Shown: positions 1 through 9,110 of the stretch, one piece after another
How the letters are laid out: each line of letters begins with the position of its first letter
Numbering within the stretch: position 1 is the stretch's first letter
Assembly (NCBI GenBank): GCA_001029735.1
Contig: CP011213.1
Coordinates: forward strand, 396,613 to 460,612
Direction of reading: 5' to 3'
From: Berkelbacteria bacterium GW2011_GWE1_39_12
GTDB taxonomy: Bacteria; Patescibacteriota; UBA1384; UBA12157
DNA length: 64,000 nt
The notes under the pieces: generated by a model
The model's input: the letters and a program-made list of their open reading frames with translations, nothing else
Told to the model about the DNA's origin: nothing
Database searches by the model: none
Program-made: the position numbers and the translations under genes

Positions 1-442
1 ACTGTCTATCATAGTTCTTCTCTAAACTTTCGATTTTTTTGAGTAAATCAGCGTCAGTCGAAAGCAATTTTCTTAACTTGATAAAAGTTCTGAATTGTTA
101 GCTGATTTGGATATTAACAGCAATGGCGCGATCGGAATTTAAAACACTCGATAGCATCGCGATGCCGTGTTCTGTAAAAACATATGGTAAAGTTCGGCGT
201 CCACCTCTCCCTTTTGGACTGCTTGAGGTCGCAATTTGCGACTTCAAAACTATATCTTCTTCATTTGTTAATTTGAAAGCAAAATCTTCGGGAAATCTCT
301 TCTTATTCCTTTTAATTTGTTCATTTAATCTCTTCGTCGTCACTCCATAAAGCTTCGCCAAATCAGAATCGAGCATCACCTTTTGGTCGCGAATTAAGAA
401 AATCTTTTGTTCAATTAATTCTGCTAAAACGAGTTCTTTCAT
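1..442 (-). pseudogene. ORF6N-domain protein interrupted by an in-frame stop at 98-100; runs off window start
   Basis: VMLDSDLAKLYGV..RLNEQIKRN..RFPEDFAF..LPYVFTEHGIAMLSSVL is the ORF6N signature; after NIQIS* the same frame continues QFRTFIKLRKLL..KKIESLEKNYD. Confidence 0.8.
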
Positions 443-492
443 AAGATTTATTTTTTATTAAAATTGAAGCCCACAGGATAATTGTCACAATG

Positions 493-581
493 CGGAAGGG
501 GTGGGATTTGAACCCACGAGACCCTTGCGAGCCTACCGCTTTTCGAAAGCGGCGCAATCAACCGGGCTATGCGACCCTTCC
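493..581 (-). tRNA. tRNA-Ser(CGA)
   Basis: Acceptor GGAAGGG/CCCTTCC with G discriminator, anticodon arm CCGCT-TTCGAAA-AGCGG, long variable arm, T arm GTGGG-TTCAAAT-CCCAC. Confidence 0.93.
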
Positions 582-597
582 GCATTACAACAATTAT

Positions 598-841
598 TTA
601 ATCATTAAATAAATATTTAATTCTTTCTTTGCCTTTCCCTGATTTGAGAAACAATTCTTCTCGCAAAGCGTCTGTTTTATTAGTAAATGCCTCGTAATAA
701 ATGATATTCCAAGGACATCCGGATTTAGTCGAGGTTACTTTGCCTTGGTTATGCTCAGTGAACCTTTTTTTTGATATTTTCTGTACTACCCTTATAAAAC
801 TTGCCAGTCTTTTCACTTTTTAATATATATACATAAAACAT
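598..841 (-). pseudogene. GIY-YIG nuclease family protein, +1 frameshift in A8 run (765-772)
   Basis: MFYVYILKSEKTGKFYKGSTENIKK joins RFTEHNQG..T..PW.IIYYEAF..ALREE.FLKSG.G; span is 244 nt = 81 codons + 1. Confidence 0.85.
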
Positions 842-848
842 ATCTTAA

Positions 849-949
849 TTTCGCCAGCCCAAGGCTGGTCGTCCTCGGGACGAAAACCGGCGCAATTGGG
901 CCCGAGGCCCACCGGCCCTGGGCCGGCAACCGGGCTATGCGACCTCTCC
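849..949 (-). pseudogene. Relic 5' half of a tRNA-Ser interrupted by two 30-nt double-hairpin insertions
   Basis: GGAGAGGTCGCATAGCCCGGTTG[30 nt]ATTGCGCCGGTTT[30 nt]CGAAA aligns to the 5' half of the intact tRNA at 493-581. Confidence 0.8.
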
Positions 950-1074
950 GTAGCGAAGCGTAGGAGATGGCGCACAACGTTCTGCGTCAGCAGGTTGTTA
1001 TGCGACCTCTCCAAGGCCTGTTTGTCAAAACTATAAGACAGTTATTGGTCACATATGTAATATGCGACCTCTCC
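936..1074 (-). repeat. Three copies of a 14-bp tRNA 5'-end sequence (GGAGAGGTCGCATA) at 936, 999 and 1061
   Basis: Exact TATGCGACCTCTCC on + strand at 936-949, 999-1012, 1061-1074. Confidence 0.9.
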
Positions 1075-1109
1075 ATCCTTCTCTTCTTTTAAGACGAGCA
1101 TAACGAAGT

Positions 1110-1565
1110 CTACTCTTTTGGCTTGATCTTAATAAATCTCATTGGCTCTTCACCTTCAGAGACAACCTCAACGCCTTCAAAATCAGTTAAGACAGTATGA
1201 ACAATTCTTCTCTCATAAGCATTCATCGGACGAAGATCTTGAGCGTATTTCGAGTTACGAACGTTTTCGGCGGTGGCCAAAGCTAATTCTTCCAATTCTT
1301 TTTCTTTATTCGCCTTGTAACCTGCTACATCAATTACAGCCGATACTCTCTCATCCATGGCTTTGTTTAACATCATTCTTATAACATATTGTAGCGATTC
1401 TAAAGTTTGACCAAATTTTCCAATCAACATGCCCGAGTCTTCGGACACAATATTGATGCGGATATTGTCTTTAACCTCAACCTCAACTTTTGCATTAGGA
1501 TCAATGAATTTTATAACTGACAAAACTAGTTCCTGCAGTTCTTTTTCAGACAATTTTTTTGGCAT
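1110..1565 (-). CDS. jag: Jag/KhpB RNA-binding protein (KH + R3H)
   Basis: LIGKFGQTLESLQY KH motif; PMNAYERRIVH R3H motif; next to yidC. Confidence 0.92.
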   Translation of the reverse strand: MPKKLSEKELQELVLSVIKFIDPNAKVEVEVKDNIRINIVSEDSGMLIGKFGQTLESLQYVIRMMLNKAMDERVSAVIDVAGYKANKEKELEELALATAENVRNSKYAQDLRPMNAYERRIVHTVLTDFEGVEVVSEGEEPMRFIKIKPKE

Positions 1566-2385
1566 TTTTTCTCCTCACTGTTACCTCTACCCCATGTTTT
1601 TTTGTGGTTTTAGGTTTATCAATTTCACTTTCAATTCTTTTTACATCGGATTCAATTTGCTTATTAACTTTTACTTTGTCCGATTTTTCTCTAAAGACAT
1701 ACCATTGTTGGCCAATAGTAAACAAGTTTGTAATTATCCAGTACAAAGGCAAAGCAGCTGGAAGTCTACCAGCAATAAAGACAGTGAAGATCGGCATTAA
1801 ATACATCATCTGCTTGCTCATCATGGCCTGCATATCAGGGCCTTTTTTCGGATCAGCAGCCTTGGTAATGCTTGGCATTAACTGTTTACTTTGAATAAAC
1901 TGCAAAATACCGGCAATGACCGGCAAAATATATTTATCTGGCTGGGCTAAATCTATGCCTAAAAAGACAGTCTTAATAAATTCAGGTCTTGGTGTAAAAT
2001 TATAAAGCATATCAAAGCGGTTTACGCTTAAACCGTCTTGAAAAACATAATAGAGCACAATTAATATCGGTAATTGAACCAATAAAGGAAGACATGAACC
2101 CAACGGATTGACTTTATTCTCCTTATAAAAAGCCATCTGAGCTTGAGCCAATTTTTCTTTCTGGCCCTTATATTTTTCGGCTAAAGCAGTTAACTCGGGC
2201 TGCAGATCTCTCATTTTCTTTTGTTGCCTGGCAGCGGAGAGCGAAGAAGGCAATAAAATTAATCGAATAATAACTGTTAGACCGATAATTGCCCAACCAA
2301 CATTATGATTCGGCACTAACCAAACCAAAAATATTAAAGCGTTAAAAAGTGGTTGGCGCAAAATTACATTAATAAGTTGTTTCAT
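1546..2385 (-). CDS. yidC: Membrane protein insertase YidC
   Basis: GWAIIGLTVIIRLILLP, NPLGSCLPLLVQLPI, LYWIITN..Q.Q motifs. Confidence 0.95.
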   Translation of the reverse strand: MKQLINVILRQPLFNALIFLVWLVPNHNVGWAIIGLTVIIRLILLPSSLSAARQQKKMRDLQPELTALAEKYKGQKEKLAQAQMAFYKENKVNPLGSCLPLLVQLPILIVLYYVFQDGLSVNRFDMLYNFTPRPEFIKTVFLGIDLAQPDKYILPVIAGILQFIQSKQLMPSITKAADPKKGPDMQAMMSKQMMYLMPIFTVFIAGRLPAALPLYWIITNLFTIGQQWYVFREKSDKVKVNKQIESDVKRIESEIDKPKTTKKHGVEVTVRRKNAKKIV

Positions 2386-2451
2386 ATATACTTTCTACTT
2401 TAATTTTGTCAGAAATCAAGCTCTGCTTATGAACTTTTGACTTTAAGCTTT

Positions 2452-2685
2452 TTACTTAACCGGGTCTTCCCCGCCTTCAGACCAAGGTGTGCAGCGCATA
2501 ATGCGGCGAAACCCAAGATAACTGCCTTTTACGACACCGTATTTTTCTACCGCGTCGTAAGTGTATTGACTACAGGTCGGGTGAAAGCGGCAAAAACCTC
2601 CAGGGTAAAAAGCTTTCATCGGGCCATGGTCAAACGATAGGGTTTTTTGGTAACCTTTGATAAGTTTCAAGGCGATCCACTTCAA
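2452..2685 (-). CDS. yidD: Membrane protein insertion efficiency factor YidD
   Basis: [27 protein letters not shown]. Confidence 0.95.
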   Translation of the reverse strand: MKWIALKLIKGYQKTLSFDHGPMKAFYPGGFCRFHPTCSQYTYDAVEKYGVVKGSYLGFRRIMRCTPWSEGGEDPVK

Positions 2686-2717
2686 TTTCTTTGCCTCACT
2701 AGTTTAGCATAACAAAT

Positions 2718-3038
2718 TTATTTAACGTTTTGAAAAATTTTCTTGACGGTCGAATCAATCATCGCTTCATCCGGTAATTTTTTAAAACTAAAAATAAAAT
2801 CGTAATTGGTTTTTAAAAGCATCAAATTTTCAGTAATTGCTTCCGTAGTTTTTCTTTTTAAACGAGATCTGTTAACGGATTTTGCCACCACAGCTTTAGG
2901 AATAATCACCGCAAAGCGGCTATGTTTGGCAGTGTTCGGTAAAGTTCTTACCAATAAAAAATCCTCAAAAAAACGATTGGATTTTTTGTAAACTCGATCA
3001 ATTTCTCTCTTTTTTAACCGAAAAGATCTCGCAAGCAT
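2718..3038 (-). CDS. rnpA: Ribonuclease P protein component
   Basis: ML...RL, RFAVIIPK..KSVNRSRLKR (RNR-like motif); between rpmH and yidD. Confidence 0.9.
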   Translation of the reverse strand: MLARSFRLKKREIDRVYKKSNRFFEDFLLVRTLPNTAKHSRFAVIIPKAVVAKSVNRSRLKRKTTEAITENLMLLKTNYDFIFSFKKLPDEAMIDSTVKKIFQNVK

Positions 3039-3062
3039 TTAGTACCTACAAAATCACCTGTT

Positions 3063-3203
3063 TTAAGGTGTTAGTCTTTTTCTGCCTTTGGCGCGTCGTC
3101 TTTTTAAAACATTACGGCCGGCAGTAGTCGTCATTTTTAATAAAAATCCGTGGACTTTCCCTCTTGATGCTTTTTTTGGTTGATATGTTCTCTTAGCAGC
3201 CAT
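3063..3203 (-). CDS. rpmH: 50S ribosomal protein L34 (below ORF-track cutoff)
   Basis: Manual translation [46 protein letters not shown]. Confidence 0.96.
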   Translation of the reverse strand: MAAKRTYQPKKASRGKVHGFLLKMTTTAGRNVLKRRRAKGRKRLTP

Positions 3204-3285
3204 CTTACTCCTAATATTTATTCAGTAACTAAAAATAGTATACCTTTAAATTGCCTAAAAGTAAAGACTCGAGTCAATTCCCTTC

Positions 3286-4035
3286 TTACAAAACCTTTTC
3301 CGCTCCAAGCCACATTAGTTCAAAAGCCATTTTTTGCATTTGAGCGATATTAACATCTTCAATCAACAAGCCAAACAAACCGCTTTTATAGGTTGTGATA
3401 ATAACCTTATTGCCATAAATATGAACATCGGCCGAAAAATTATAATCGTCTTTAGGAACTAATCTTATTTCTCTAAGTTCTGTTTTGGCTTTGTCATGCC
3501 ACTCTTCTGATTCACGAGAAACTAAGGCAATTATTCGGGTTTTAATTCCTGCATCGATTCTTCTTTTAATATAATCGTCAACCCATTCTTTATCTAAATA
3601 CTGATACAGATTGATGATTGAGGTGTAATTTAAAATGTCCTTGCCTTCACGAATCGTGTCTTCATACATCTGTTTGATTTCTTCCGGACCTTGATAGAAA
3701 TAAACCTTCGGTCGTTCTTCCTGTGAATTAAATAAACTCATAAGCTGCGGCAAAGCTTCGGCAAAACGCTTTTCGCGTTCTTTTATCAAAGTAACTACGG
3801 TTTTTGGACTCTCCGCTAAATAAAAATACTTTTTACCCACTTTTGCTCTTTTTATTAATCCCTTGTTTTCTAAAGCGGGAATAATTTCATAAACAGTAGA
3901 GCGCTTCACTTTTGAATGTTTGGCGATTTCTAAAATTGTAGTTTTACCTAACTCTAAAGCCGCCAAATAAACATCGGCTTCTTTGTCATCTAGACCAGCT
4001 TCAATTAATAAATTGTTTAATTTTGTGCTTTGCAT
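3286..4035 (-). CDS. TrmB-family transcriptional regulator (copy 1)
   Basis: GL.DKEA.VYLA.LELG..T..EIAK..KV.RST.Y wHTH; P.V.FYQG linker; C-terminal IYGNKV.I domain; likely start MQSTKL. Confidence 0.88.
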   Translation of the reverse strand: MQSTKLNNLLIEAGLDDKEADVYLAALELGKTTILEIAKHSKVKRSTVYEIIPALENKGLIKRAKVGKKYFYLAESPKTVVTLIKEREKRFAEALPQLMSLFNSQEERPKVYFYQGPEEIKQMYEDTIREGKDILNYTSIINLYQYLDKEWVDDYIKRRIDAGIKTRIIALVSRESEEWHDKAKTELREIRLVPKDDYNFSADVHIYGNKVIITTYKSGLFGLLIEDVNIAQMQKMAFELMWLGAEKVL

Positions 4036-4049
4036 AAGATTTCCTGTTT

Positions 4050-4155
4050 TGTCGATTTTGTCGACATTATTTATATCTATCATATATTATTATCTTTAAT
4101 TTGTCAACATATTAGTGTCGAAATACTTGACAAAATCTTAATTATGTGCTACAAT
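4050..4155. promoter_or_regulatory. Divergent promoters with paired operator TGTCGA-N5-T(C/T)GACA
   Basis: + strand TTGACA 4127-4132, 17 nt, TACAAT 4150-4155; operator copies at 4050-4066 and 4116-4132. Confidence 0.75.
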
Positions 4156-4165
4156 ATGTTGTTAC

Positions 4166-4259
4166 AAGATAAGGAAAGCAGACATGAACCTTAACAACTT
4201 GGTTTCAACCTCCTGAAGAACTCCATAAGGAGAGCTTTAGGAGAGTTGAACCTTAAAAC
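4166..4259 (+). ncRNA. Putative structured leader: AAGATAAGGA, boxA-like GAACCTTAACAA, bulged hairpin 4204-4250
   Basis: The same elements recur at the other TrmB-divergent loci. Confidence 0.6.
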
Positions 4260-4290
4260 GCCATTTTAGCCAGAAAAAGGAGAAAAAACA

Positions 4291-4698
4291 ATGAAAATCA
4301 TGAATCGCTTCACTTCTGCAGTAAATGTAGACTACACTCTTTCAGTTAAGGAAATGGGTAATCGGGTTGGTCTTCTTCTGGACACCATATTCGACAAAGA
4401 CGTTGACCTTGATGAGGTCGTGGTATCTGGCGATGAAAATGTCGAGATTGTCCTGATTGAAAATGAGATCGGGATGTCAACCTTTGAAATTCTGGATGAC
4501 ATTGATTCCTTGGGATATAGGGCCGCAAACATCATGGAAATGATGGCCTATGTTCTTAAAACTGATGAAGAATTCGTCGTTGCCTTGGGCACAGAGATTA
4601 ACGGTAAGTTCGGTATTTACTGGGATGATCACGCAACATTGGGTAACGCCGGTTTAAGTGGTTGGAAACGCTTTTACTTCGCAGCTGTTAAGAAATAG
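4291..4698 (+). CDS. Hypothetical protein (cargo of TrmB locus 1)
   Basis: 135-aa ORF with AAGGAG RBS and downstream terminator. Confidence 0.8.
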   Translation: MKIMNRFTSAVNVDYTLSVKEMGNRVGLLLDTIFDKDVDLDEVVVSGDENVEIVLIENEIGMSTFEILDDIDSLGYRAANIMEMMAYVLKTDEEFVVALGTEINGKFGIYWDDHATLGNAGLSGWKRFYFAAVKK

Positions 4699-4708
4699 CA
4701 GTAACATT

Positions 4709-4739
4709 ACCCCGTTCGAAAGAACGGGGTTTTTATTTT
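4709..4739 (+). terminator. Rho-independent terminator
   Basis: ACCCCGTTC-GAAA-GAACGGGGT followed by T tract. Confidence 0.85.
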
Positions 4740-4804
4740 GCTTTCATTCAAAGGTCAAATAAAAAAGGACCTGCATTTAACAAGTCCCGAAAATGTCTCG
4801 CAAA

Positions 4805-5242
4805 TCACTTAAGGCTAGTCCTCAATCGATCAAGCCGCTGCTGTTCTTTGTCTCTGGCACTATTATAGTCTTGGCACATCGACTCATACTCTTTGGCTTT
4901 ACGTTCCCATTGGTAAAAAGTCTTTTTGCTGACCAGTACCAGAACACCATTGTAACGGGTGCCGTCGATGTGACAAACAGCATCACGACCCTCAAGAGCA
5001 GTCACCACTAGTTTGCCTTCGCTAACATTAACATCACTGTCATTCGGCGCTAAACCTTTGCCGGCTAGCACAGTCGGACAAATTGATGAGTAACTGTAAT
5101 CAGTGCAAACACTAGCGATGTTAAAGTTGTTACCTGGCCTGATTAAACAGCCTTCATCTACAAGCCCTACTGTGATGGTACAGAGAAGAACAATAAAGAT
5201 AAGTAATTCTGGGATAGTGATATTGTTCCAAAACTGTCTCAT
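4805..5242 (-). CDS. Hypothetical exported/membrane-anchored Cys-containing protein
   Basis: N-terminal hydrophobic helix, GGGGG RBS, own TTGACA promoter near 5306-5311. Confidence 0.65.
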   Translation of the reverse strand: MRQFWNNITIPELLIFIVLLCTITVGLVDEGCLIRPGNNFNIASVCTDYSYSSICPTVLAGKGLAPNDSDVNVSEGKLVVTALEGRDAVCHIDGTRYNGVLVLVSKKTFYQWERKAKEYESMCQDYNSARDKEQQRLDRLRTSLK

Positions 5243-5381
5243 TTCGGTTCCCCCTTCTCCGATTTCTCAGATTTACAGCAAAATAATATCAGAAATGTGC
5301 CCATCTGTCAATTCAAGTCATGGCTATCAATAAACGATTAAATTATTTCTCGTTTCTTTTGCATAAATAAATCATATATAT

Positions 5382-6134
5382 TTATTTTTCGGGAATTTCC
5401 CAAAGTAAATTAAATCGAGATCTTTCTTCATCAGCTAAGGTTGAGTTCTCTATAACAGTCGCAAACGGCTCTTTTTCGCTATGCGCTATATAGGCAATTG
5501 ATTTACCAAAAATATTAACTTCGGTTTTTTGTTTGAATTTTTCTATCGGTAAGAATCTAGTTTCTCTTAACTCGGCATCGTCTCGCTCAACTATTTTTCT
5601 ATTATCCAAAGTATCTGGCAAAATAGCCCTTACTTTTATTTTCTTTTTAACCCTAGCTTTCAGATAATCTGCAATGAATTCCTGATAGGAAGTTTCCACT
5701 GCTACATTACCGTAAATTAAGATTTCTTCTTCTTTGCCCAAATCTAAGGTTAAATTATAAACCTCTACTACACCGGCTTTTCCCTCGTAAAGACGAACGT
5801 CTGGCTTAAACGATGATTTACTAGCCAATCCTTCTAGTTGATTTAGGGTTTTTGCGAGTTTTTCCTGTCGTCGATTAAATGCGGATAATAACTGCTTAGG
5901 TGACGAAACTGTATAAATGTGCCTTTTTCCGTCAAAAGTACTACTGGCATACCCTTTAAACATCAAATTATTCATTAGCACATAACAGGTTGGGCGCTTA
6001 ATGGCGCTTTTTATGGCAATATCCCAGATAGAGCTCGGCCCTAATTCAAGAGCAGCCAAATAAACCTGAGCCTCATTTTCATGAAGACCAACCCCCTCTA
6101 AACTTGATAAAATGTCGTCATTTGTTGTTGTCAT
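5382..6134 (-). CDS. TrmB-family transcriptional regulator (copy 2)
   Basis: GLHENEAQVYLAALELG..IA..S.IKRPTCY; PDVRLYEG; same architecture as copy 1. Confidence 0.88.
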   Translation of the reverse strand: MTTTNDDILSSLEGVGLHENEAQVYLAALELGPSSIWDIAIKSAIKRPTCYVLMNNLMFKGYASSTFDGKRHIYTVSSPKQLLSAFNRRQEKLAKTLNQLEGLASKSSFKPDVRLYEGKAGVVEVYNLTLDLGKEEEILIYGNVAVETSYQEFIADYLKARVKKKIKVRAILPDTLDNRKIVERDDAELRETRFLPIEKFKQKTEVNIFGKSIAYIAHSEKEPFATVIENSTLADEERSRFNLLWEIPEK

Positions 6135-6311
6135 AATTATTAACACTATCATATCATATTGACGATATTATGTCAATTTATACCATATATTTTCAATATA
6201 TCGCTATGATAATTAGAGTCATAACTATTGACAATTAGGCCAATTAGTGGTACAATAGCATGTTAGAAAGATGAGGAATCTGCTAACAGGTTAGAATCTG
6301 AACCTTAATAA
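6129..6311 (+). promoter_or_regulatory. Promoter, paired operator and leader of TrmB locus 2
   Basis: TTGACA 6228-6233, TACAAT 6251-6256; operators TGTCAT-AATTA-TTAACA 6129-6145 and AGTCAT-AACTA-TTGACA 6217-6233; AAGATGAGGA 6268; GAACCTTAATAA 6300-6311. Confidence 0.72.
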
Positions 6312-6316
6312 TCTAA

Positions 6317-6908
6317 AGGTGGCACCGATCCTTAACGTGGTGCGCGGAAAATAATGAGTTTAATAAGCGAGTACGATGAGTTAGTTACAGGCAAAACGAT
6401 TTCTGTTGAATTAGAAAATAGCTCGTCAAGTGACAAAAAAACTATCAATGTCCATGTCGGAATTTACCGACCAAGCTGGCCGTACGGTGGCTTTTACAAG
6501 CAATACAGAAGATACCCCCATTGCACCGAGTATATCCTTTTTCGAATCTTCATTAAGATCGAAGATAACGTCTGGAGTGATGATTTATTTCCGACTGGCG
6601 GGGTCAAGCATGATCCTAAAAAAACTGCTGCCGAAAATTGGGTATCACAAGAAGAAGTATTAAATCAAGCAAGAGACAGGATGAATGAGATTGCGCAAAG
6701 TATACGTCAGGAGATTTCTCGTCTGTATATTGACGGCACCCCTCTTGTTAAATGGTTGCAAGAGAGACCTGAGTGAAAGTTATAAGTGTATCGAATTATC
6801 GGGTTAGCCAATTCGGCTAGCCCCTCTTTCCCTGATCGGATTGCCGATTAGAAACGAGAGAATTGCACACCAAAATTTATAGGTGGCACCGATCCTTAAC
6901 GTGGTGCG
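6317..6908 (+). repeat. Identical 28-bp element upstream of two cargo ORFs (6317-6344 and 6881-6908)
   Basis: AGGTGGCACCGATCCTTAACGTGGTGCG twice, 9 nt before each start codon. Confidence 0.9.
6354..6776 (+). CDS. Hypothetical protein (cargo of TrmB locus 2)
   Basis: 140-aa ORF directly after leader. Confidence 0.7.
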   Translation: MSLISEYDELVTGKTISVELENSSSSDKKTINVHVGIYRPSWPYGGFYKQYRRYPHCTEYILFRIFIKIEDNVWSDDLFPTGGVKHDPKKTAAENWVSQEEVLNQARDRMNEIAQSIRQEISRLYIDGTPLVKWLQERPE

Positions 6909-6917
6909 TGGAGAAAG

Positions 6918-7199
6918 TTGCGAATACAAGAAAAACCGATCGGCACGTTCAAAGTAAAAAGATGTGCGTATATCGAGTATGGTGTGGAAATCCCTGGAGT
7001 GATACCAGGAACTGTAACAAGCGATGGTAATTTAGGAGTCACATTAGAAGGCTTTACTTTTTCTGAAAAATCCTCTGGTCACGATGATCCAAACGGTTAT
7101 TGGGTAGTATCTGGGTTTTCACCTGACAATACGAGTTGTGTGGCAAGTACTTTCGGCGACGAAAGGAAAATCCATCTATATGGATTAGAAAAAATATAG
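6918..7199 (+). CDS. Hypothetical protein (cargo of TrmB locus 2)
   Basis: 93-aa ORF with TTG start after second 28-bp element; terminator at 7214-7245. Confidence 0.62.
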   Translation: MRIQEKPIGTFKVKRCAYIEYGVEIPGVIPGTVTSDGNLGVTLEGFTFSEKSSGHDDPNGYWVVSGFSPDNTSCVASTFGDERKIHLYGLEKI

Positions 7200-7255
7200 T
7201 AGTTATTTTGCTCGGCTGGTTCTTAATTGAACCAGCCATTTTTTTATTAAAACAA

Positions 7256-7282
7256 GATTGCTTCGCTTACGCTCGCAATGAC
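7256..7282. repeat. REP-like palindrome, family A (half unit)
   Basis: GATTGCTTCGC..GCTCGCAATGAC, same as copies at 10241, 27365, 30831, 45479, 47977. Confidence 0.85.
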
Positions 7283-7290
7283 AAACTCCT

Positions 7291-7371
7291 TTATCCCCAG
7301 TTTATTGACGCGCTGTGGATAACTAATTAATATAAGGTTAGAGTGGTTGTGGACAACTTCCCTGTGGACAA
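7291..7371. promoter_or_regulatory. DnaA-box cluster upstream of dnaA
   Basis: TGTGGATAA 7314-7322; near matches at 7291, 7348, 7363. Confidence 0.8.
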
Positions 7372-7419
7372 CTCTAGACCTTTAGTAGATAGTGAGGACA
7401 GAAGTAGTTAAGGAGTGGT

Positions 7420-8811
7420 ATGAAAACCTTAGACGAGAAAGAAACTTGGCAAGCGGCGCTCGGCGAACTGGAAGTGGTTTTTTCCAAGGCTAATTATTCA
7501 ACTTGGTTTAAAGACACTTTCGTTTTAGAAATCGCTGAAGATGAGATTACGGTCGGCGTACCAAATGCCTTCACTAAAGAATGGTTGGAAAATAAATACC
7601 ACCCGCAGATTTTTGAAGTCTTAAAAAAGATTCACCCCAATTTGAAAAACGCGACTTATGCCGTCGCCACTAATTCCGCCCGGCAAGCGCCTAAAATCGA
7701 TAGTGCAGACAATTCAGATATTAATCTAAAACCGACACAAAGTTATACTCCGACTCAAATCCCTGTTGCCGACAAACCTCAACCCGCTTTCAATCTTAAT
7801 GCGCATTACTCTTTTGATAATTATGTCGTCGGTAATTCAAACCGTTTAGCCATGGCCACCGCTCAAGCGGTTGCCGCCAACCCGGGCACTGCCTATAATC
7901 CCCTGTTTATTTATGGCGGCGTCGGTTTGGGTAAAACCCATTTGGTTCAAGCCATCGGTAATGAAATTATTGCTAAAAGTCCTAAGAAGAAAATTGTTTA
8001 TGTTTCCTGTGAGAAGTTTACCAATGATTTTATTGCTTCGATATCGGATAAAAAAACGAATGAATTTAAGAAGATGTATCGCGATGCCGACGTTTTAATG
8101 GTTGATGATATCCAATTTATGGCTGGAAAAGAAGGGACTCAGGAAGAATTCTTCCATACTTTCAATGCGCTTCACCAAGCCAATCGGCAAATTGTTATAA
8201 CCAGCGATCGCGTGCCGAAAGCCATCCCGCAGCTCACTGACCGCCTTTCCTCGCGTTTTGGCATGGGAATGGTCGCAGATATCCAACCGCCTAATTTAGA
8301 GATGCGTCAGGCGATTTTAAGAAACAAATGTGCAGAAAAGCAGTGCAGTTTAACCGACGACGTAATCGATTATATCGCTCAAAATATTGAATCCAATATC
8401 CGTGAACTCGAAGGCGCGATTACCAGAATTCTTACTTATTCTCAGATGAACGATGTTTTACCTTCACTCGCCATAACCACTAAGGCCTTAGAAGATATTA
8501 TTTCCAATAAAAATAAAATTATTTCTGTGGAAAAGATGTTGCAGATGACAGCTGATTTTTTCAATATCACCACTGTCGATCTTATTTCCGCTAAAAGAAA
8601 TAAAGAATTAGTGAGACCCCGCCAGATTGTAATGTATTTAATGCGCCATGAAATGAGCCTTTCTTATCCTAAAATTGGCCAACATCTAAACAAGAAAGAC
8701 CATACGACAGTTATACACGGCGTGGAAAAAATCGAAAAAGAAATTGCACGCGATGTGGAATTGCATAAAGAGCTGACGGCATTAAAAGAAAAAATGCACG
8801 CATTCAATTAA
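7420..8811 (+). CDS. dnaA: Chromosomal replication initiator DnaA
   Basis: YNPLFIYGGVGLGKTHL, DDIQF, QEEFFHTFN, DHTTVIH. Confidence 0.99.
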   Translation: MKTLDEKETWQAALGELEVVFSKANYSTWFKDTFVLEIAEDEITVGVPNAFTKEWLENKYHPQIFEVLKKIHPNLKNATYAVATNSARQAPKIDSADNSDINLKPTQSYTPTQIPVADKPQPAFNLNAHYSFDNYVVGNSNRLAMATAQAVAANPGTAYNPLFIYGGVGLGKTHLVQAIGNEIIAKSPKKKIVYVSCEKFTNDFIASISDKKTNEFKKMYRDADVLMVDDIQFMAGKEGTQEEFFHTFNALHQANRQIVITSDRVPKAIPQLTDRLSSRFGMGMVADIQPPNLEMRQAILRNKCAEKQCSLTDDVIDYIAQNIESNIRELEGAITRILTYSQMNDVLPSLAITTKALEDIISNKNKIISVEKMLQMTADFFNITTVDLISAKRNKELVRPRQIVMYLMRHEMSLSYPKIGQHLNKKDHTTVIHGVEKIEKEIARDVELHKELTALKEKMHAFN

Positions 8812-8834
8812 AAACTTGAAGAAAATGGCGTAGT

Positions 8835-9069
8835 TGTGGATAACTTGTGGATAACTTTAGAAATTTGCGTCTCACGTGTGGATAAGTAAGTTTATAAAGT
8901 TCCAATTTTCATCAAAGACTGACTTATACACACGTTTTCCCCCTGTTTATACACAGTTTATACCCCACTTTTCCACATGCAAAACACCCGTTAATCCCCA
9001 CAATCCACAGCCCTTATTATTACTGCCTTTTTTCTTCTTTAAGAATTATTAATATATAAGTGTGGATAA
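8835..9069. other. Replication origin oriC (dnaA-dnaN intergenic)
   Basis: Perfect DnaA boxes at 8835, 8846, 8877, 9061, several near-consensus boxes, AT-rich stretch about 9014-9060. Confidence 0.88.
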
Positions 9070-9110
9070 GTCCGGATAAATATTGAGCAAATAACAAAGA
9101 AAGGAATTAG

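Noticed and set aside
820-1014. 64-aa ORF
   Set aside because: Made of tRNA relic and hairpin repeats, and overlaps the GIY-YIG start out of frame.
936-1074. CRISPR-like array of three repeats
   Set aside because: The repeat is only 14 bp, matches a tRNA 5' end, and no cas genes are present; reported as tRNA relics instead.
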